From: Minisyncoccia bacterium
GTDB taxonomy: Bacteria > Patescibacteriota > Minisyncoccia > 2-02-FULL-40-12 > IGHO2-01-FULL-4-A
Assembly: GCA_041499075.1 (NCBI GenBank)
Contig: JBGQJN010000001.1
Location: 10,388 to 74,387 of the forward strand
Direction of reading: 5' to 3'
Length of the DNA stretch: 64,000 bases
Shown here: positions 8,424-18,269 of the stretch, in pieces
How positions within the stretch are numbered: position 1 is the stretch's first letter
Layout of the letters: every line of letters begins with the position of its first letter
The notes under the pieces: generated by a model
Told to the model about the DNA's origin: nothing
What the model saw: only the letters and a program-made list of their open reading frames with translations
The model's database searches: none
Position numbers and translations under genes: made by a program

Positions 8424-9215
8424 TTATTGTTTTGTTAAAACTAGCGGGCCGGACTTGGTGATGGCAACCGTGTGCTCAAAATGGGCGGCAAAAGAAGCGT
8501 CATAGGTAACGTAGGTAAAGCTATTGCCGGCACGCTTAACTCGCCAATCGCCGACGGAAACCATCGGCTCGATGGCTACGACCATGCCTTCTTCCAGCCT
8601 GACACCTTCATTTTCAGAACCGTAGTTCGGAACTTGCGGTTCCTCATGAAGCTTGCGACCGATACCGTGACCGACTAGATCACGTATTACGCCAAAACCA
8701 CTTCTCTCCACTACCGCCTGCACGGCATGGCTTACTTTGCCAAGCCGATTACCGACCTTAGCTTCATTGATACCGGCATTAAGAGATTCTTTGGTCACAT
8801 CAAGTAAACGGTGGAGCCTGGGATTAAGTTTAGCCCATAGCTTATAATCCGTCTCGCCTAGAACCGGCAGGGTAATAGCACTATCAAGATAAAGTCCTTT
8901 GTAAACTATACCCATATCCAAACTAACGACTTCGCCTTCTTTGAGTATACGTTTGGAGGGTACGCCGTGTACCACCTCTTCGTTGATTGATACACAAAGT
9001 GCAGCCGGAAATCCGTCGTAACCGAGAAAAGCGGCTTTAACCGGCTTGCCACTTTCTTTGGCGTAAAACAAAATAAGCTCGCGTGCGAGCTTATCAAGAT
9101 CTTGAGTGGCAATCCCCGGTTTAACTTCTTTGGCTAACTTGTCCAATATTTCTGCCAGTATCCTGCCACCCTCACGCATTATTTGGATTTCTTCTGGAGT
9201 TTTTAGATTGATCAT
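8424..9215 (-). CDS. map: Methionine aminopeptidase type I
   Basis: Motifs SINEEVVHGVP, GHGIG, AIEPM and AHFEHT. Confidence 0.96.
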   Translation of the reverse strand: MINLKTPEEIQIMREGGRILAEILDKLAKEVKPGIATQDLDKLARELILFYAKESGKPVKAAFLGYDGFPAALCVSINEEVVHGVPSKRILKEGEVVSLDMGIVYKGLYLDSAITLPVLGETDYKLWAKLNPRLHRLLDVTKESLNAGINEAKVGNRLGKVSHAVQAVVERSGFGVIRDLVGHGIGRKLHEEPQVPNYGSENEGVRLEEGMVVAIEPMVSVGDWRVKRAGNSFTYVTYDASFAAHFEHTVAITKSGPLVLTKQ

Positions 9216-9877
9216 TGGATGTTTTTCATTATATTCTCGGATATTTTTTGGGCCTCATCTTGGCCATTGACTTCAAAAACCTTATAACCTTTCTGCCGCA
9301 AATAATCAAGTACCGGTTCGGTTTCTATCTTATAGACTTCGTATCTTTCGCTTATTATATCCGGCTTATCAAGCTCTCTAGTTACAAGAAGTGAACCATC
9401 TTTGGGACAAGTGGTCATGCCCTCATACTCTGGTAAGTCCGGAATCGGGTGGCGATTAGCTTGGCAGATACGCCTGGCTGAATTGCGTTTTATCGACTCT
9501 TCTTTGCTCAATACAAGATGAAAGATTTTTATATTGTCATGACCGTATAGTTCTTCAAGCTCTGGCATAATATCTTTTGTTTCGGGCAGTGTACGCAATG
9601 AACCGGAGGTAGTAATACTCTTACCCTGCATAGCTAGTTCTCTGATCTCTTCCTTGAACCAACCAATGAATATGCTTGATGCGATCAATTCTCCGGCAAG
9701 CCATTTTCTTTTTTCTTCCTGCATCTTGGCATCATGAGGTTCGGCGTTTTTGAATTTAGCTTCTATTAATTTGGAGGTTTCTAAATGATAAAATCCTAAT
9801 TTCTCCGCCAAAAGATTCGCCTGGGTTCCCTTGCCGGATCCTGGTGGCCCGATAAAAACTACGACTTCCTTAGACAT
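9212..9877 (-). CDS. adk: Adenylate kinase family protein
   Basis: P-loop GPPGSGKGTQA; position between secY and map. Confidence 0.9.
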   Translation of the reverse strand: MSKEVVVFIGPPGSGKGTQANLLAEKLGFYHLETSKLIEAKFKNAEPHDAKMQEEKRKWLAGELIASSIFIGWFKEEIRELAMQGKSITTSGSLRTLPETKDIMPELEELYGHDNIKIFHLVLSKEESIKRNSARRICQANRHPIPDLPEYEGMTTCPKDGSLLVTRELDKPDIISERYEVYKIETEPVLDYLRQKGYKVFEVNGQDEAQKISENIMKNIQ

Positions 9878-9960
9878 ATTATCATTTTAACATATTTCCA
9901 CATTAAAAAACCAAAACTCCTTTGGCAAGGAGTTTTTAACTGCTGTCACCGACTAGCGAA

Positions 9961-11220
9961 CTAGTACTCGTACATAGATATTTGAGCATCTAGCGCTTTC
10001 ATGATTTCAAGGACGACGCTGACTACGATCAGTATTGAGGTGCCACCGATGGTAAGTATGGCAATGCCAGAAACGGCTCTGACAACCTGGGGCAAAATCG
10101 CGATTAAGCCCAAAAATACCGCTCCGACAAGGGTAACACGATTGAGAAGATGCATCAGGAATTGCGCTGTCGGCTGACCCGGACGGATGCCCGGGATGTA
10201 GCCGCCTTGTTTCTGAATGTTTTCGGAAATTGACTTGGGATCGAAAGTTACCGCTGTATAGAAATAGGTAAACAAAACTACCAACAGGAAATAAGAGATG
10301 TCGTAAGCTGTTTGATTCTGCACAAAGTTATTGAAAAATCTGGCCACGGTAGCAACAATATTGATCTTGGAGCCGCTGAAAAAATTAGCGATCATGCCCG
10401 GAAAAAGAAGAATAGACAAAGCAAAGATTATCGGCATCACGCCGGCATTATTGACGCGCATAGGCAGATAAGTAGACACCCCGCCGTAGACTTTATCGCC
10501 ACGTACACGCTTAGCGTAATTAATCGGAATATTGCGCTGGGCTTCAGTCAGATAGACGACTCCGGCAATGACAACCAGTCCAATAACAACGATTGCCACG
10601 TAGGTAAAAATTTGAGAGGAAGTGAAAGTAATAAGCGTCTCTCTGACAGTAGTCGGGAATCTGGAAACGATACCGGCAAAAATTAACAGCGAAACCCCAT
10701 TACCGATATTTTTTTCGGAAATTAGTTCGCCAAGCCACATCAGGAAAACCGAGCCGGCGGCAACAACTAAAAGAGAACTCGCCCAACCAAGCAATCCCAA
10801 ACTGCCGATTACGCCTTGGCGGGAGAGAATTATCATGAAGGCATAACCCTGGAGCATAGCCAAGGGCACAGTAATAACTCGGGAGTATTGGTTGAATCTC
10901 TGCCTGCCAGCCTCGCCTTCGTATTTATACATTTGCTCCAATGACGGGAAAATCATTGTCAAAAGCTGCATGATAATGGAGCCGGTTATATAAGGACCAA
11001 GACCAAGCATGGCAATAGAAAAATTGCTCAATCCGCCGCCAGTAAACGTGCTTATCAAGCCAAAAAGCTGGTTATTCTGAAGAAATGCCTTGAGTTTTAG
11101 CGGATCAACGCCGGGTATTGGTATAGCCGCAACCACGCGGAAAACTATCAGAAGCGCCAAAATAAAAATTACTTTATTGCGTAGATCGGGAATTTTAAAA
11201 ACTTTAAGTATTCTGTTCAT
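9961..11220 (-). CDS. secY: Preprotein translocase SecY
   Basis: Motifs LGPYITGSIIMQLL, IGNGVSLLIFAGI, GVMPIIFA and GGTSILIVV. Confidence 0.98.
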   Translation of the reverse strand: MNRILKVFKIPDLRNKVIFILALLIVFRVVAAIPIPGVDPLKLKAFLQNNQLFGLISTFTGGGLSNFSIAMLGLGPYITGSIIMQLLTMIFPSLEQMYKYEGEAGRQRFNQYSRVITVPLAMLQGYAFMIILSRQGVIGSLGLLGWASSLLVVAAGSVFLMWLGELISEKNIGNGVSLLIFAGIVSRFPTTVRETLITFTSSQIFTYVAIVVIGLVVIAGVVYLTEAQRNIPINYAKRVRGDKVYGGVSTYLPMRVNNAGVMPIIFALSILLFPGMIANFFSGSKINIVATVARFFNNFVQNQTAYDISYFLLVVLFTYFYTAVTFDPKSISENIQKQGGYIPGIRPGQPTAQFLMHLLNRVTLVGAVFLGLIAILPQVVRAVSGIAILTIGGTSILIVVSVVLEIMKALDAQISMYEY

Positions 11221-11233
11221 GAAAACTTTGAAA

Positions 11234-11695
11234 TTATCTGATAGTTCCGCCGGCTTTTGCTATTTTTTCTTGTGCTGTTTTTGAAAATTTTAATCCCACA
11301 AATGTTAATTTCTTAATCAATTCCCCTTCTGCTAGTATTTTAACTCCTTTATTGCCCTTTTCAATAAGGCTCTTTTTTACGAGCGCTGACGGGGAAATCG
11401 TATCGCCACTTTCAAAACGCGAGTTTAGGTCGTTCAAATTTACGACAATCGCTTTGGTGCGCTTAACCTGGAAAGACCTGTGCTTAATATCAACTTTTTT
11501 GCTTGCCCCGCGCTGTTTGGGAAAAAGTTTCCAGATGGGATTGTCGCCGCCGCGAAAACCAGGCCTGATCCTGGCACCGGCTCGGGATTTTTGGCCTTTA
11601 CTGCCATGGCCAGAATAAGTACCACGCTTGCCGCCGCGGCCGACACGTTTGCGATCTTTTTGCTTATTTTTTGATTTTAGCTGATGTAGTTGCAT
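11234..11695 (-). CDS. rplO: 50S ribosomal protein L15
   Basis: RVGRGG...GQKSRAG motif; operon position. Confidence 0.96.
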   Translation of the reverse strand: MQLHQLKSKNKQKDRKRVGRGGKRGTYSGHGSKGQKSRAGARIRPGFRGGDNPIWKLFPKQRGASKKVDIKHRSFQVKRTKAIVVNLNDLNSRFESGDTISPSALVKKSLIEKGNKGVKILAEGELIKKLTFVGLKFSKTAQEKIAKAGGTIR

Positions 11696-11707
11696 AATAC
11701 GGTTAAT

Positions 11708-12226
11708 TTAAGGTTTCAGTTTACTTAAAGCACCTATCGTTGCTCTGGCGACATTGATTTTGTTATTTGTTCTCTCTATCAGCTTGGCAGTCAGATTTTC
11801 TATGCCGGCAAGACGCGCAACCACGCGCACCGGACCGCCAGCCTTGATACCGCTGCCATGAGCCGCCGGCTTAAGCATGACTACAGCGCTATGATATTTA
11901 TAAATAATATGATGCGGAATCGTGGCATTTTTTATAGGCACTCTTATAAGATTTTTCTTGGCTTTACTTGTCGCCTTGTTCATGGATTGGACCACGTCAT
12001 GCCCCTGAGCCACGCCGACTCCAACCCGACCCTTACCGTCACCGATTACCATAGTGGCGCGAAAACTAAACCTCTTACCGCCTTTGGTCACCCTAGTCAC
12101 ACGCGCCAAATCCAAAAGCTTAGAATCAAATTCCGATTTTTCTTTGGGCGCTCCTCTGAATGGTCCCCTCCTGCCACGGCCACCGCTATGAGGTCCGCCG
12201 AAATTATTTTTTGGTTTTTCTTCCAT
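11708..12226 (-). CDS. rpsE: 30S ribosomal protein S5
   Basis: RVTRVTKGGKRFSF motif. Confidence 0.97.
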   Translation of the reverse strand: MEEKPKNNFGGPHSGGRGRRGPFRGAPKEKSEFDSKLLDLARVTRVTKGGKRFSFRATMVIGDGKGRVGVGVAQGHDVVQSMNKATSKAKKNLIRVPIKNATIPHHIIYKYHSAVVMLKPAAHGSGIKAGGPVRVVARLAGIENLTAKLIERTNNKINVARATIGALSKLKP

Positions 12227-12237
12227 TTATTTTTTAG

Positions 12238-12591
12238 TTAAAATATTAAACCGCCCTTGCGCAAGCCTTCAGCCAGCGCCTTCACTCTGCCGTGATATTT
12301 ATAGCCGCCCCGATCAAAAACTACTTTTTCTATTCCCGCCTCTTTGGCTTTTTGGGCTAGCATTTCTCCAATTTTTGCGGCAAGTTCAGTTTTTCTTTCT
12401 TTGAGTTTACTTTTCTTTTGTGATTTAACGATACTGCTTAGTAATGTTTTGCCGACAGAATCGTCAACTATCTGAACAAAAATATGGCGATTACTTCTAA
12501 AAATAGAAACCCTAGGAACCACGTCCTTACCTGTAACCTTGGCTCTAACCCGTTTCTGGCGCCGTATTCTATTTTCTCTTTTATCAGACAT
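12238..12591 (-). CDS. rplR: 50S ribosomal protein L18
   Basis: VVFDRGGYKYHGRVKALA motif. Confidence 0.97.
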   Translation of the reverse strand: MSDKRENRIRRQKRVRAKVTGKDVVPRVSIFRSNRHIFVQIVDDSVGKTLLSSIVKSQKKSKLKERKTELAAKIGEMLAQKAKEAGIEKVVFDRGGYKYHGRVKALAEGLRKGGLIF

Positions 12592-12601
12592 AATTCTAAT
12601 A

Positions 12602-13156
12602 TTATCCAGCTGTTGCCACAGCCTTTTTGCCTGCCTTACGGCGAATCACTTCATCTTTATATTTGATACCCGTTCCCTTATACGGCTCCGGCGGGCGGGC
12701 GGCACGAACAAGAGCGGCAACATGGCCTACCGCCTGTTTATCTATGCCGGTTATCTTAATCATGCTTTTTTCAACTTGGAAAATCACTCCCGCTGGCGCT
12801 TTGATCCTCACCGGGTTGGTATAACCGAGATTCAACTCCAGACTGTCTCCCTTGACTTGAGCCTTGAAGCCGATGCCGTTAAATTCTAAAATTGTCTCAA
12901 AATTTTCGGATACGCCCTTTATCATATTGGATAAAAGCGCGCGACCCAAACCCCATATCTGCGATTCCTGCCTGGTAATCAGCAAGCCTTCTTTCAAGTT
13001 AACATGGGCCATACCATCAGAAACTTTTATATCCAAAATCTCAGGGAATTCTTTTTCCAACTGGCCCTTGGGTCCTTTGACTACTGCTTCCCTGCCGTTG
13101 ATATTTATTTCCACTCCAGCAGGTATTTTGATTGGTTTTTTACCTATGCGACTCAT
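12602..13156 (-). CDS. rplF: 50S ribosomal protein L6
   Basis: MSRIGKKPI start and PEPYKGTGI motif. Confidence 0.97.
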   Translation of the reverse strand: MSRIGKKPIKIPAGVEININGREAVVKGPKGQLEKEFPEILDIKVSDGMAHVNLKEGLLITRQESQIWGLGRALLSNMIKGVSENFETILEFNGIGFKAQVKGDSLELNLGYTNPVRIKAPAGVIFQVEKSMIKITGIDKQAVGHVAALVRAARPPEPYKGTGIKYKDEVIRRKAGKKAVATAG

Positions 13157-13176
13157 AATTTAAAAAAATATTTTAT

Positions 13177-13575
13177 TTACCAAACTTCACATATTATCTC
13201 TCCTCCTAATCCGGCTTTCTTGGCGTCCTCTCCACTCATAACTCCTTTAGAGGTTGAAATAATTGCTACTCCGTAACCATTCTTGACCGGCTTCAGATCG
13301 GACTTGCCGAGATACATCCGGCGAGAGGGTTTGGAAATCATTTTCGTACCTATTATGCCGCCTACTTCATTGTCGTACTTTAATTTTATCCAAAGCGTAT
13401 TTATTTCTGATTTTTTGGTTTTGGTTTTTTTCTTGTCAACATCGGCAATGAAATTTTTATTTTTTAAAATCTGGGCAATATTAAATTTTAACATTGAAAA
13501 AGGCAAAACCGTCTCCTCTTGGCCCCGAGACTGAGCATTTCTTATTTGACTTAACATGTCAGCGATTGGAGACAT
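13177..13575 (-). CDS. rpsH: 30S ribosomal protein S8
   Basis: Motifs PIADML..IRNA, STSKGVM and GGEIICEVW. Confidence 0.97.
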   Translation of the reverse strand: MSPIADMLSQIRNAQSRGQEETVLPFSMLKFNIAQILKNKNFIADVDKKKTKTKKSEINTLWIKLKYDNEVGGIIGTKMISKPSRRMYLGKSDLKPVKNGYGVAIISTSKGVMSGEDAKKAGLGGEIICEVW

Positions 13576-13578
13576 ATA

Positions 13579-13764
13579 TTACCAGGAAGATTTGTGTACT
13601 CCAGGCAACAAGCCTTGGCTGGCCAGCTCCCTGAAATGTATACGGCATAGACCAAACTGCCTCATGAAACCGTGTTTTCGACCGCACATAAAACAACGTA
13701 AAACTATCCTTGATGAAAACTTAGGCTTTTTGTTTGATCTTGCAATTGTTGATTTTTTAGGCAT
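13579..13764 (-). CDS. rpsN: 30S ribosomal protein S14 (type Z, 61 aa)
   Basis: RCFMCGR...[10 protein letters not shown] motif. Confidence 0.95.
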   Translation of the reverse strand: MPKKSTIARSNKKPKFSSRIVLRCFMCGRKHGFMRQFGLCRIHFRELASQGLLPGVHKSSW

Positions 13765-14311
13765 GTTTTATTGGAAAACCGATCAGTCTTAATAACTCAA
13801 TCCCTTCTTCTTTGCTCTTAGCAGTCGTGGCTATGGTGATTTGCAGACTGAAAATATCCTTCATTGACTCATATGTCACTTCCGGAAAAATGTTCTGTTC
13901 TTTAATGCCTAAGTTCAGATTGCCATGCTGGTCAATATTCTTAGGATCCAGGCCGTGAAAATCACGCGAACGCGGTAAAGCTATGGAGATCAGCCTATCT
14001 ATAAAATCATACATTCGCCTTCCGCGCAAGGTTACAATTGACCCGATTTCCAAACCCTGTCTTAATTTAAAGCCTGAAATTGACTGCTTAGCTTTGCGAA
14101 CCGACGTTTTCTGACCAGTAATCTTGACCAGGTCTTGCTCTATTTTTTCAATGCCTTTAGTATCCTTGGCTACCGCCTTGCGGCCGTAGCCGACATTAAC
14201 GACAACCTTTTCAATTTTCGGTATGGCCATTACATTCTTGTAACCGAACTTGGCCCGCATGGCTGGCATTACCTCTTTTCTGTATTTAGTTATAAGTCTC
14301 GGAATTGACAT
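13757..14311 (-). CDS. rplE: 50S ribosomal protein L5
   Basis: Motifs [14 protein letters not shown] and IALPRSRDF; start taken at MSIPRL. Confidence 0.97.
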   Translation of the reverse strand: MSIPRLITKYRKEVMPAMRAKFGYKNVMAIPKIEKVVVNVGYGRKAVAKDTKGIEKIEQDLVKITGQKTSVRKAKQSISGFKLRQGLEIGSIVTLRGRRMYDFIDRLISIALPRSRDFHGLDPKNIDQHGNLNLGIKEQNIFPEVTYESMKDIFSLQITIATTAKSKEEGIELLRLIGFPIKHA

Positions 14312-14319
14312 AATTGTGA

Positions 14320-14625
14320 CTAATTCTCTGCTCCGCACTTCTTACAAATTCTTGTCTTATTCTTACCATCAATCTTATGTCCGATCCTGGTCGGCTTGCC
14401 GCAACTCTTGCATACCAACATAACGCTTGAAGCATTAATCGCCCTCTCTTTGTGAACTATCTGACCCTTCTGGCCTTCTTTTCTTGCCCTTTGATGTCGC
14501 GCCACCAAATTCAACCCTTCGACCACAACCTTACCATCTTCAGGAAAAACAAATAAAACTTTGCCCGTCTTGCCACGGTCTTTGCCATTTAGCATTTTTA
14601 CATTGTCACCTTTTCTAATATTCAT
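14320..14625 (-). CDS. rplX: 50S ribosomal protein L24
   Basis: KOW motif KGDNV..GKDRGKTG. Confidence 0.96.
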   Translation of the reverse strand: MNIRKGDNVKMLNGKDRGKTGKVLFVFPEDGKVVVEGLNLVARHQRARKEGQKGQIVHKERAINASSVMLVCKSCGKPTRIGHKIDGKNKTRICKKCGAEN

Positions 14626-14637
14626 GTATTAAAGCTA

Positions 14638-15009
14638 CTAGACAATCTCCTGTGCTAAACTGGCGATGGTGTCATAGCCTCTTTCTTTTATCTCGCGCGG
14701 GATAGGACCAAATATGCGTCCACCCTTGGGTTCTTTGCTCGCGCCCTCCAAGATAACTATGGCATTCTCGTCAAATCTGACGTAACTGCCGTCTTTTCTG
14801 CGGAAATTATTACGCTGACGCACAATAACTGCTTTGAGTACTTCTTTTTTCTTGACGGTTTTGCGCGGTTCGGCTTCCTTAACTGAAACAACGACAATAT
14901 CGCCGAGCTGGCCGTACCTGCGCTTGGATCCGCCCAAAACCTGAATAACGCCAACTTTCTTGGCACCACTATTGTCGGCAACATTTAATATGGAACGTAA
15001 TTGGATCAT
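14638..15009 (-). CDS. rplN: 50S ribosomal protein L14
   Basis: MIQ...VADNSGAK and RIFGP motifs. Confidence 0.98.
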   Translation of the reverse strand: MIQLRSILNVADNSGAKKVGVIQVLGGSKRRYGQLGDIVVVSVKEAEPRKTVKKKEVLKAVIVRQRNNFRRKDGSYVRFDENAIVILEGASKEPKGGRIFGPIPREIKERGYDTIASLAQEIV

Positions 15010-15021
15010 GTTATTTTCGGG

Positions 15022-15270
15022 CTATATTTTTGATACGACCCTCCATTTTTTGTCCTTAGACATCGGCCTGATTTCCTGAATAATCACCTTGTCGCCGGTG
15101 TGATATTCTCCTTTCTCGTCATGGGCCTTAAATCTGCTGGTAACCTTATAATACTTCTTATATTTGGGATGCTTCTTCAGCCGGGTAATTGAAACCACTA
15201 CAGTTTTCTGCATTTTATCGGAAACGACAATTCCTTTCAGTGTACGATTTTTTTTATTTGTTTTTTCCAT
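15022..15270 (-). CDS. rpsQ: 30S ribosomal protein S17
   Basis: [14 protein letters not shown] and HPKYKK motifs. Confidence 0.97.
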   Translation of the reverse strand: MEKTNKKNRTLKGIVVSDKMQKTVVVSITRLKKHPKYKKYYKVTSRFKAHDEKGEYHTGDKVIIQEIRPMSKDKKWRVVSKI

Positions 15271-15475
15271 TTTGAATAAGCAATTTTGAGTTAATAGCGG
15301 TCAAAAATCTTGCAATATCTTTCTTGGTTTTATTTATCTGACTAAAATCCTTCAAGGTCTTATTGGCCAATTCAAACCTCAATTTCCCCAAGCCAACCTT
15401 CAACTCTTTGAGCATTTCCTGAAGTTCTTCTTTACCCTTGTTTTGCAAATCTGCGTATTTCATAGTATTTGACAT
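15254..15475 (-). CDS. rpmC: 50S ribosomal protein L29
   Basis: KKDIARFLT motif; position upstream of rpsQ. Confidence 0.9.
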   Translation of the reverse strand: MSNTMKYADLQNKGKEELQEMLKELKVGLGKLRFELANKTLKDFSQINKTKKDIARFLTAINSKLLIQNGKNK

Positions 15476-15497
15476 CAATTTAACTTCTTGCTATTAT
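15469..15497 (+). promoter_or_regulatory. Sigma70-type promoter of small membrane ORF 1
   Basis: TTGACA-17 bp-TATTAT with an extended TG. Confidence 0.7.
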
Positions 15498-15530
15498 ACA
15501 GAAAAGTAGCAATTTAACAAGGAGCTTCAA

Positions 15531-15683
15531 ATGCTAATATTCAAGATACTAGGCATAGCAATCTATCTACTTGTTACCCTCAGCGTAGGTTATTCATTAA
15601 CTTCTTTATCTACTAAGGAAATCTTTAAGACCCTACTTCCAAGTTTTATTATTCTACTAATAGCATGTTACTTAATCCCTTAG
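15531..15683 (+). CDS. Unannotated 50-aa protein with two hydrophobic segments
   Basis: AAGGAG RBS followed by MLIFKILGIAIYLLVTLSVGYSLTSLSTKEIFKTLLPSFIILLIACYLIP*, with its own promoter and terminator. Confidence 0.65.
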   Translation: MLIFKILGIAIYLLVTLSVGYSLTSLSTKEIFKTLLPSFIILLIACYLIP

Positions 15684-15694
15684 CGGCTCGGCCC

Positions 15695-15725
15695 AACTTG
15701 CAATAAATTGCAAGTTTTTATTTTT
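15695..15725 (+). terminator. Intrinsic terminator after small ORF 1
   Basis: aacttgcaat-aa-attgcaagtt followed by a T-rich run. Confidence 0.6.
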
Positions 15726-15742
15726 AAAAAAAGACAAGATTA

Positions 15743-15951
15743 AGCGTAGCAGGGTACCCTCTGGGGGATTCCAAAATTGGGAATTGCTGCTTGGTGAAGT
15801 TTCTTGTTGGCGGTGCTTTAGCCCGCCAATAGAATCTCCGTGGTCGCAAGCGGTATAATTATTCCTACCGCGAGCGAATTCACAATTTTGAAATAGTGGA
15901 GTCTGCCGCTGGAGCAGACGAAACGTCCTCCAGAGGATACCCTGCCGAAGC
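15743..15951. repeat. Structured repeat family A, copy 1 (with an extra ~50-nt internal hairpin)
   Basis: Near-identical to 18270-18427 apart from the insert; terminal arms pair. Confidence 0.9.
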
Positions 15952-15952
15952 A

Positions 15953-16357
15953 CTATTTTTTAATAAACCTCGTCTTAATTGGTAACTTATGCGCCGCCAG
16001 TCTAAATGCCGCCCTTGCCGTCTCTTCACTTACACCATCCATTTCAAAAATTATCCGGCCGGCTTCCGTCGGTGCCACAAAATGCGACAATGACCCTGCG
16101 CCGCCGCCCATGCCCACTTCAGCGCCCTTCTGCGTCCTTGGCTTGTCAGGGAAAACTCTTATCCATAATTTACCGCCTCTTTGAATAAAATGGGTAACCG
16201 CGCGACGCGCCGATTCCAGCTGTGTCGCTTTTAGCCAGGTTGATTCCATCGCTTTTAAACCATAACTGCCAAAGCTCAAATAGTGGCCGCGGGTTGTGAC
16301 TTTTTTCAAACTTCCCTTATGTACCTTACGATGTTTTATTCTTTTAGGTTGTAACAT
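15953..16357 (-). CDS. rplP: 50S ribosomal protein L16
   Basis: MLQPKR start, WIRVFPDKP and AAHKLP motifs. Confidence 0.98.
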   Translation of the reverse strand: MLQPKRIKHRKVHKGSLKKVTTRGHYLSFGSYGLKAMESTWLKATQLESARRAVTHFIQRGGKLWIRVFPDKPRTQKGAEVGMGGGAGSLSHFVAPTEAGRIIFEMDGVSEETARAAFRLAAHKLPIKTRFIKK

Positions 16358-16358
16358 G

Positions 16359-16991
16359 TTATAATTTCAGTCCTTTATAAATCCAGACTTTGATTCCGAC
16401 GGTTCCGTACGTCGTATAGGCAGTAGCTTTGGCAAAATCTATATCCGCCCTCAAGGTCTGAAGCGGCAAACTGCCCTCTTCCAAATGCTCGGTCCTAGCT
16501 ATATCATTGCCGTCCAAACGTCCGCCGAGCCTGACTTTAGCCCCCTTAACATCGCGATTGGACATAATTTTAGCCAATGACTGCTTCAACACTCTGCGAT
16601 ATTGAATGCGCCGTTCTATTTGTTCGGCCATCTGTTCGGCGACAATGCGGGCTGAAGCTTCCGGATTTTTGACTTCCTGAACCTCAAGTCGAACGGCAGT
16701 TTTACGTTTGATTCTTTTGGCAATTTCCGTTTTTATGTCTTCGATGCCGGTGCCGCCGCGGCCAATTATCAAGCCGGGCCTGGCGGTTTTGATCGTAATC
16801 GCCAAAACATCCGGACTGCGCTCTATCTCGATACTGTCCACGCTCATATTTTTCAATTTCTTTTCAAGAAAATCCCTTATCAAAACGTCTTCTTTCAAAA
16901 ATTCCGTATAGTTTCTTAATTTAAACCAGCGGGATTTCCAGTCCTTGTTTATACTGAGCCTGAATGATGTTGGTGATATTTTCTGACCCAT
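16359..16991 (-). CDS. rpsC: 30S ribosomal protein S3
   Basis: MGQKISP start, PLQTLRADID and GIKVWIYKG motifs. Confidence 0.98.
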   Translation of the reverse strand: MGQKISPTSFRLSINKDWKSRWFKLRNYTEFLKEDVLIRDFLEKKLKNMSVDSIEIERSPDVLAITIKTARPGLIIGRGGTGIEDIKTEIAKRIKRKTAVRLEVQEVKNPEASARIVAEQMAEQIERRIQYRRVLKQSLAKIMSNRDVKGAKVRLGGRLDGNDIARTEHLEEGSLPLQTLRADIDFAKATAYTTYGTVGIKVWIYKGLKL

Positions 16992-17008
16992 ATTATTATA
17001 TCTATTAT

Positions 17009-17548
17009 TTATACAACTTTTCTTCTAAAAAATTTCTTGCCTAAGCCGCTGACTCTGCCGAATAGTCCGCCCTTCTTACCTAATTCCTTTTTGACTTCCG
17101 GCTTGGCGATTAATTTTTCAGTTTTGGATTCTTTTACTTCCGATTCCGAGGCTTTTTGTTTTGACTCCGGCTCCAGTTTTTTCATTTCAACTTCCTTGGC
17201 CGGCTTAAGGCCCGGTACTTTTTCTTCCAAGACAATCTTGATATGTGATGTCTTTTTTTCTATCGGCGAGGCCATGCCGAAACCTTTGGGTTTGAATCTT
17301 TTAAGCTTCGGCCCTTCGTTGACAATAATATCCTTGATAAAAAGATTCTCTCTGGCCAGGTTAAAATTATTTCTGGCGTTGGAAATCGCAGAATTGATCA
17401 GTTTGACTATCGGCTTGGATGATTTTTTAACAATATGATCAAGTTGATATTTAGCCGCATTCGCGTCCATACCCTTAATGATCCTGGCGACAAGTCTTAC
17501 CTTGCGCGGCGATATTCTTAAATTGTTTAATTGAGCTGTTACTTGCAT
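17009..17548 (-). CDS. rplV: 50S ribosomal protein L22 with C-terminal extension
   Basis: RISPRKVRLV and TSHI motifs; start taken at MQVTAQ. Confidence 0.96.
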   Translation of the reverse strand: MQVTAQLNNLRISPRKVRLVARIIKGMDANAAKYQLDHIVKKSSKPIVKLINSAISNARNNFNLARENLFIKDIIVNEGPKLKRFKPKGFGMASPIEKKTSHIKIVLEEKVPGLKPAKEVEMKKLEPESKQKASESEVKESKTEKLIAKPEVKKELGKKGGLFGRVSGLGKKFFRRKVV

Positions 17549-17549
17549 A

Positions 17550-17894
17550 TTATTTCTTTGCTTCCGCCTCCGGCGCCTTCGCGGCTTTGGCGGCATCTAT
17601 ATCTTTTTGCTTAGCGGCGGCTTCTATTTCTCTTTGCATTCGGCCTCCATGCCTGACAAATTTGCGCGTCGGAGAAAATTCTCCCAGCTTGTGGCCAACC
17701 ATATCTTCTGTTATCAAAACCTCTATAAAAATTTTGCCGTTATGCACTCCGAAAGTATAACCAACCATTTCCGGCGTAATCGTTGAAGCCCGCGCCCAAG
17801 TCTTGATTATCGTTTTATCGCCAGCCCTAAGCCGGCCGATCTTTTTCAGCAATTTCGCATCCACATATACACCCTTTTTTATTGATCTTGACAT
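17550..17894 (-). CDS. rpsS: 30S ribosomal protein S19
   Basis: [13 protein letters not shown] motif. Confidence 0.98.
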   Translation of the reverse strand: MSRSIKKGVYVDAKLLKKIGRLRAGDKTIIKTWARASTITPEMVGYTFGVHNGKIFIEVLITEDMVGHKLGEFSPTRKFVRHGGRMQREIEAAAKQKDIDAAKAAKAPEAEAKK

Positions 17895-17916
17895 AACTTA
17901 TAATCTTTGATACCTT
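17888..17916 (+). promoter_or_regulatory. Putative promoter of small membrane ORF 2
   Basis: TTGACA-17 bp-TACCTT. Confidence 0.5.
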
Positions 17917-17950
17917 ATATTAAATTTCGTTATTTTACAAGGAGAAAATT

Positions 17951-18184
17951 ATGGCTACGCAATACCCTCCGAATATGATTATTTACAGTAGAAGAGGCCA
18001 AATTTATAATTACCTAGCCAGTACCTGCTTGATCGTGGCGGTTCTACTCATGATCTCTACTTTCTTTCTGGATATTATCGGAATGAAACATTTGGCAAAC
18101 ATCATCATTCTCTCAGCACTTTTCACTGGTATATCTAGTCTAATTTTCAATATCAAAGCCTCGAAACATAGCACTGTGATTTAG
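17951..18184 (+). CDS. 77-aa hypothetical protein with two TM segments
   Basis: AAGGAG RBS, two hydrophobic stretches, followed by a terminator. Confidence 0.7.
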   Translation: MATQYPPNMIIYSRRGQIYNYLASTCLIVAVLLMISTFFLDIIGMKHLANIIILSALFTGISSLIFNIKASKHSTVI

Positions 18185-18189
18185 CTCTG

Positions 18190-18214
18190 ACTCGCGAAAA
18201 ATCGCGAGTTTTTA
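18190..18214 (+). terminator. Intrinsic terminator after small ORF 2
   Basis: actcgcga-aaaa-tcgcgagt followed by a T run. Confidence 0.7.
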
Positions 18215-18269
18215 TTTTTAAAGCGGCGGAATCGAAATGCCTTGCGTGTATCGCACTTGCTAAAAATCA

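Noticed and set aside
15672-15953. 93-aa ORF downstream of rplP
   Set aside because: It runs through the structured repeat and terminator, and the other repeat copies do not preserve it.
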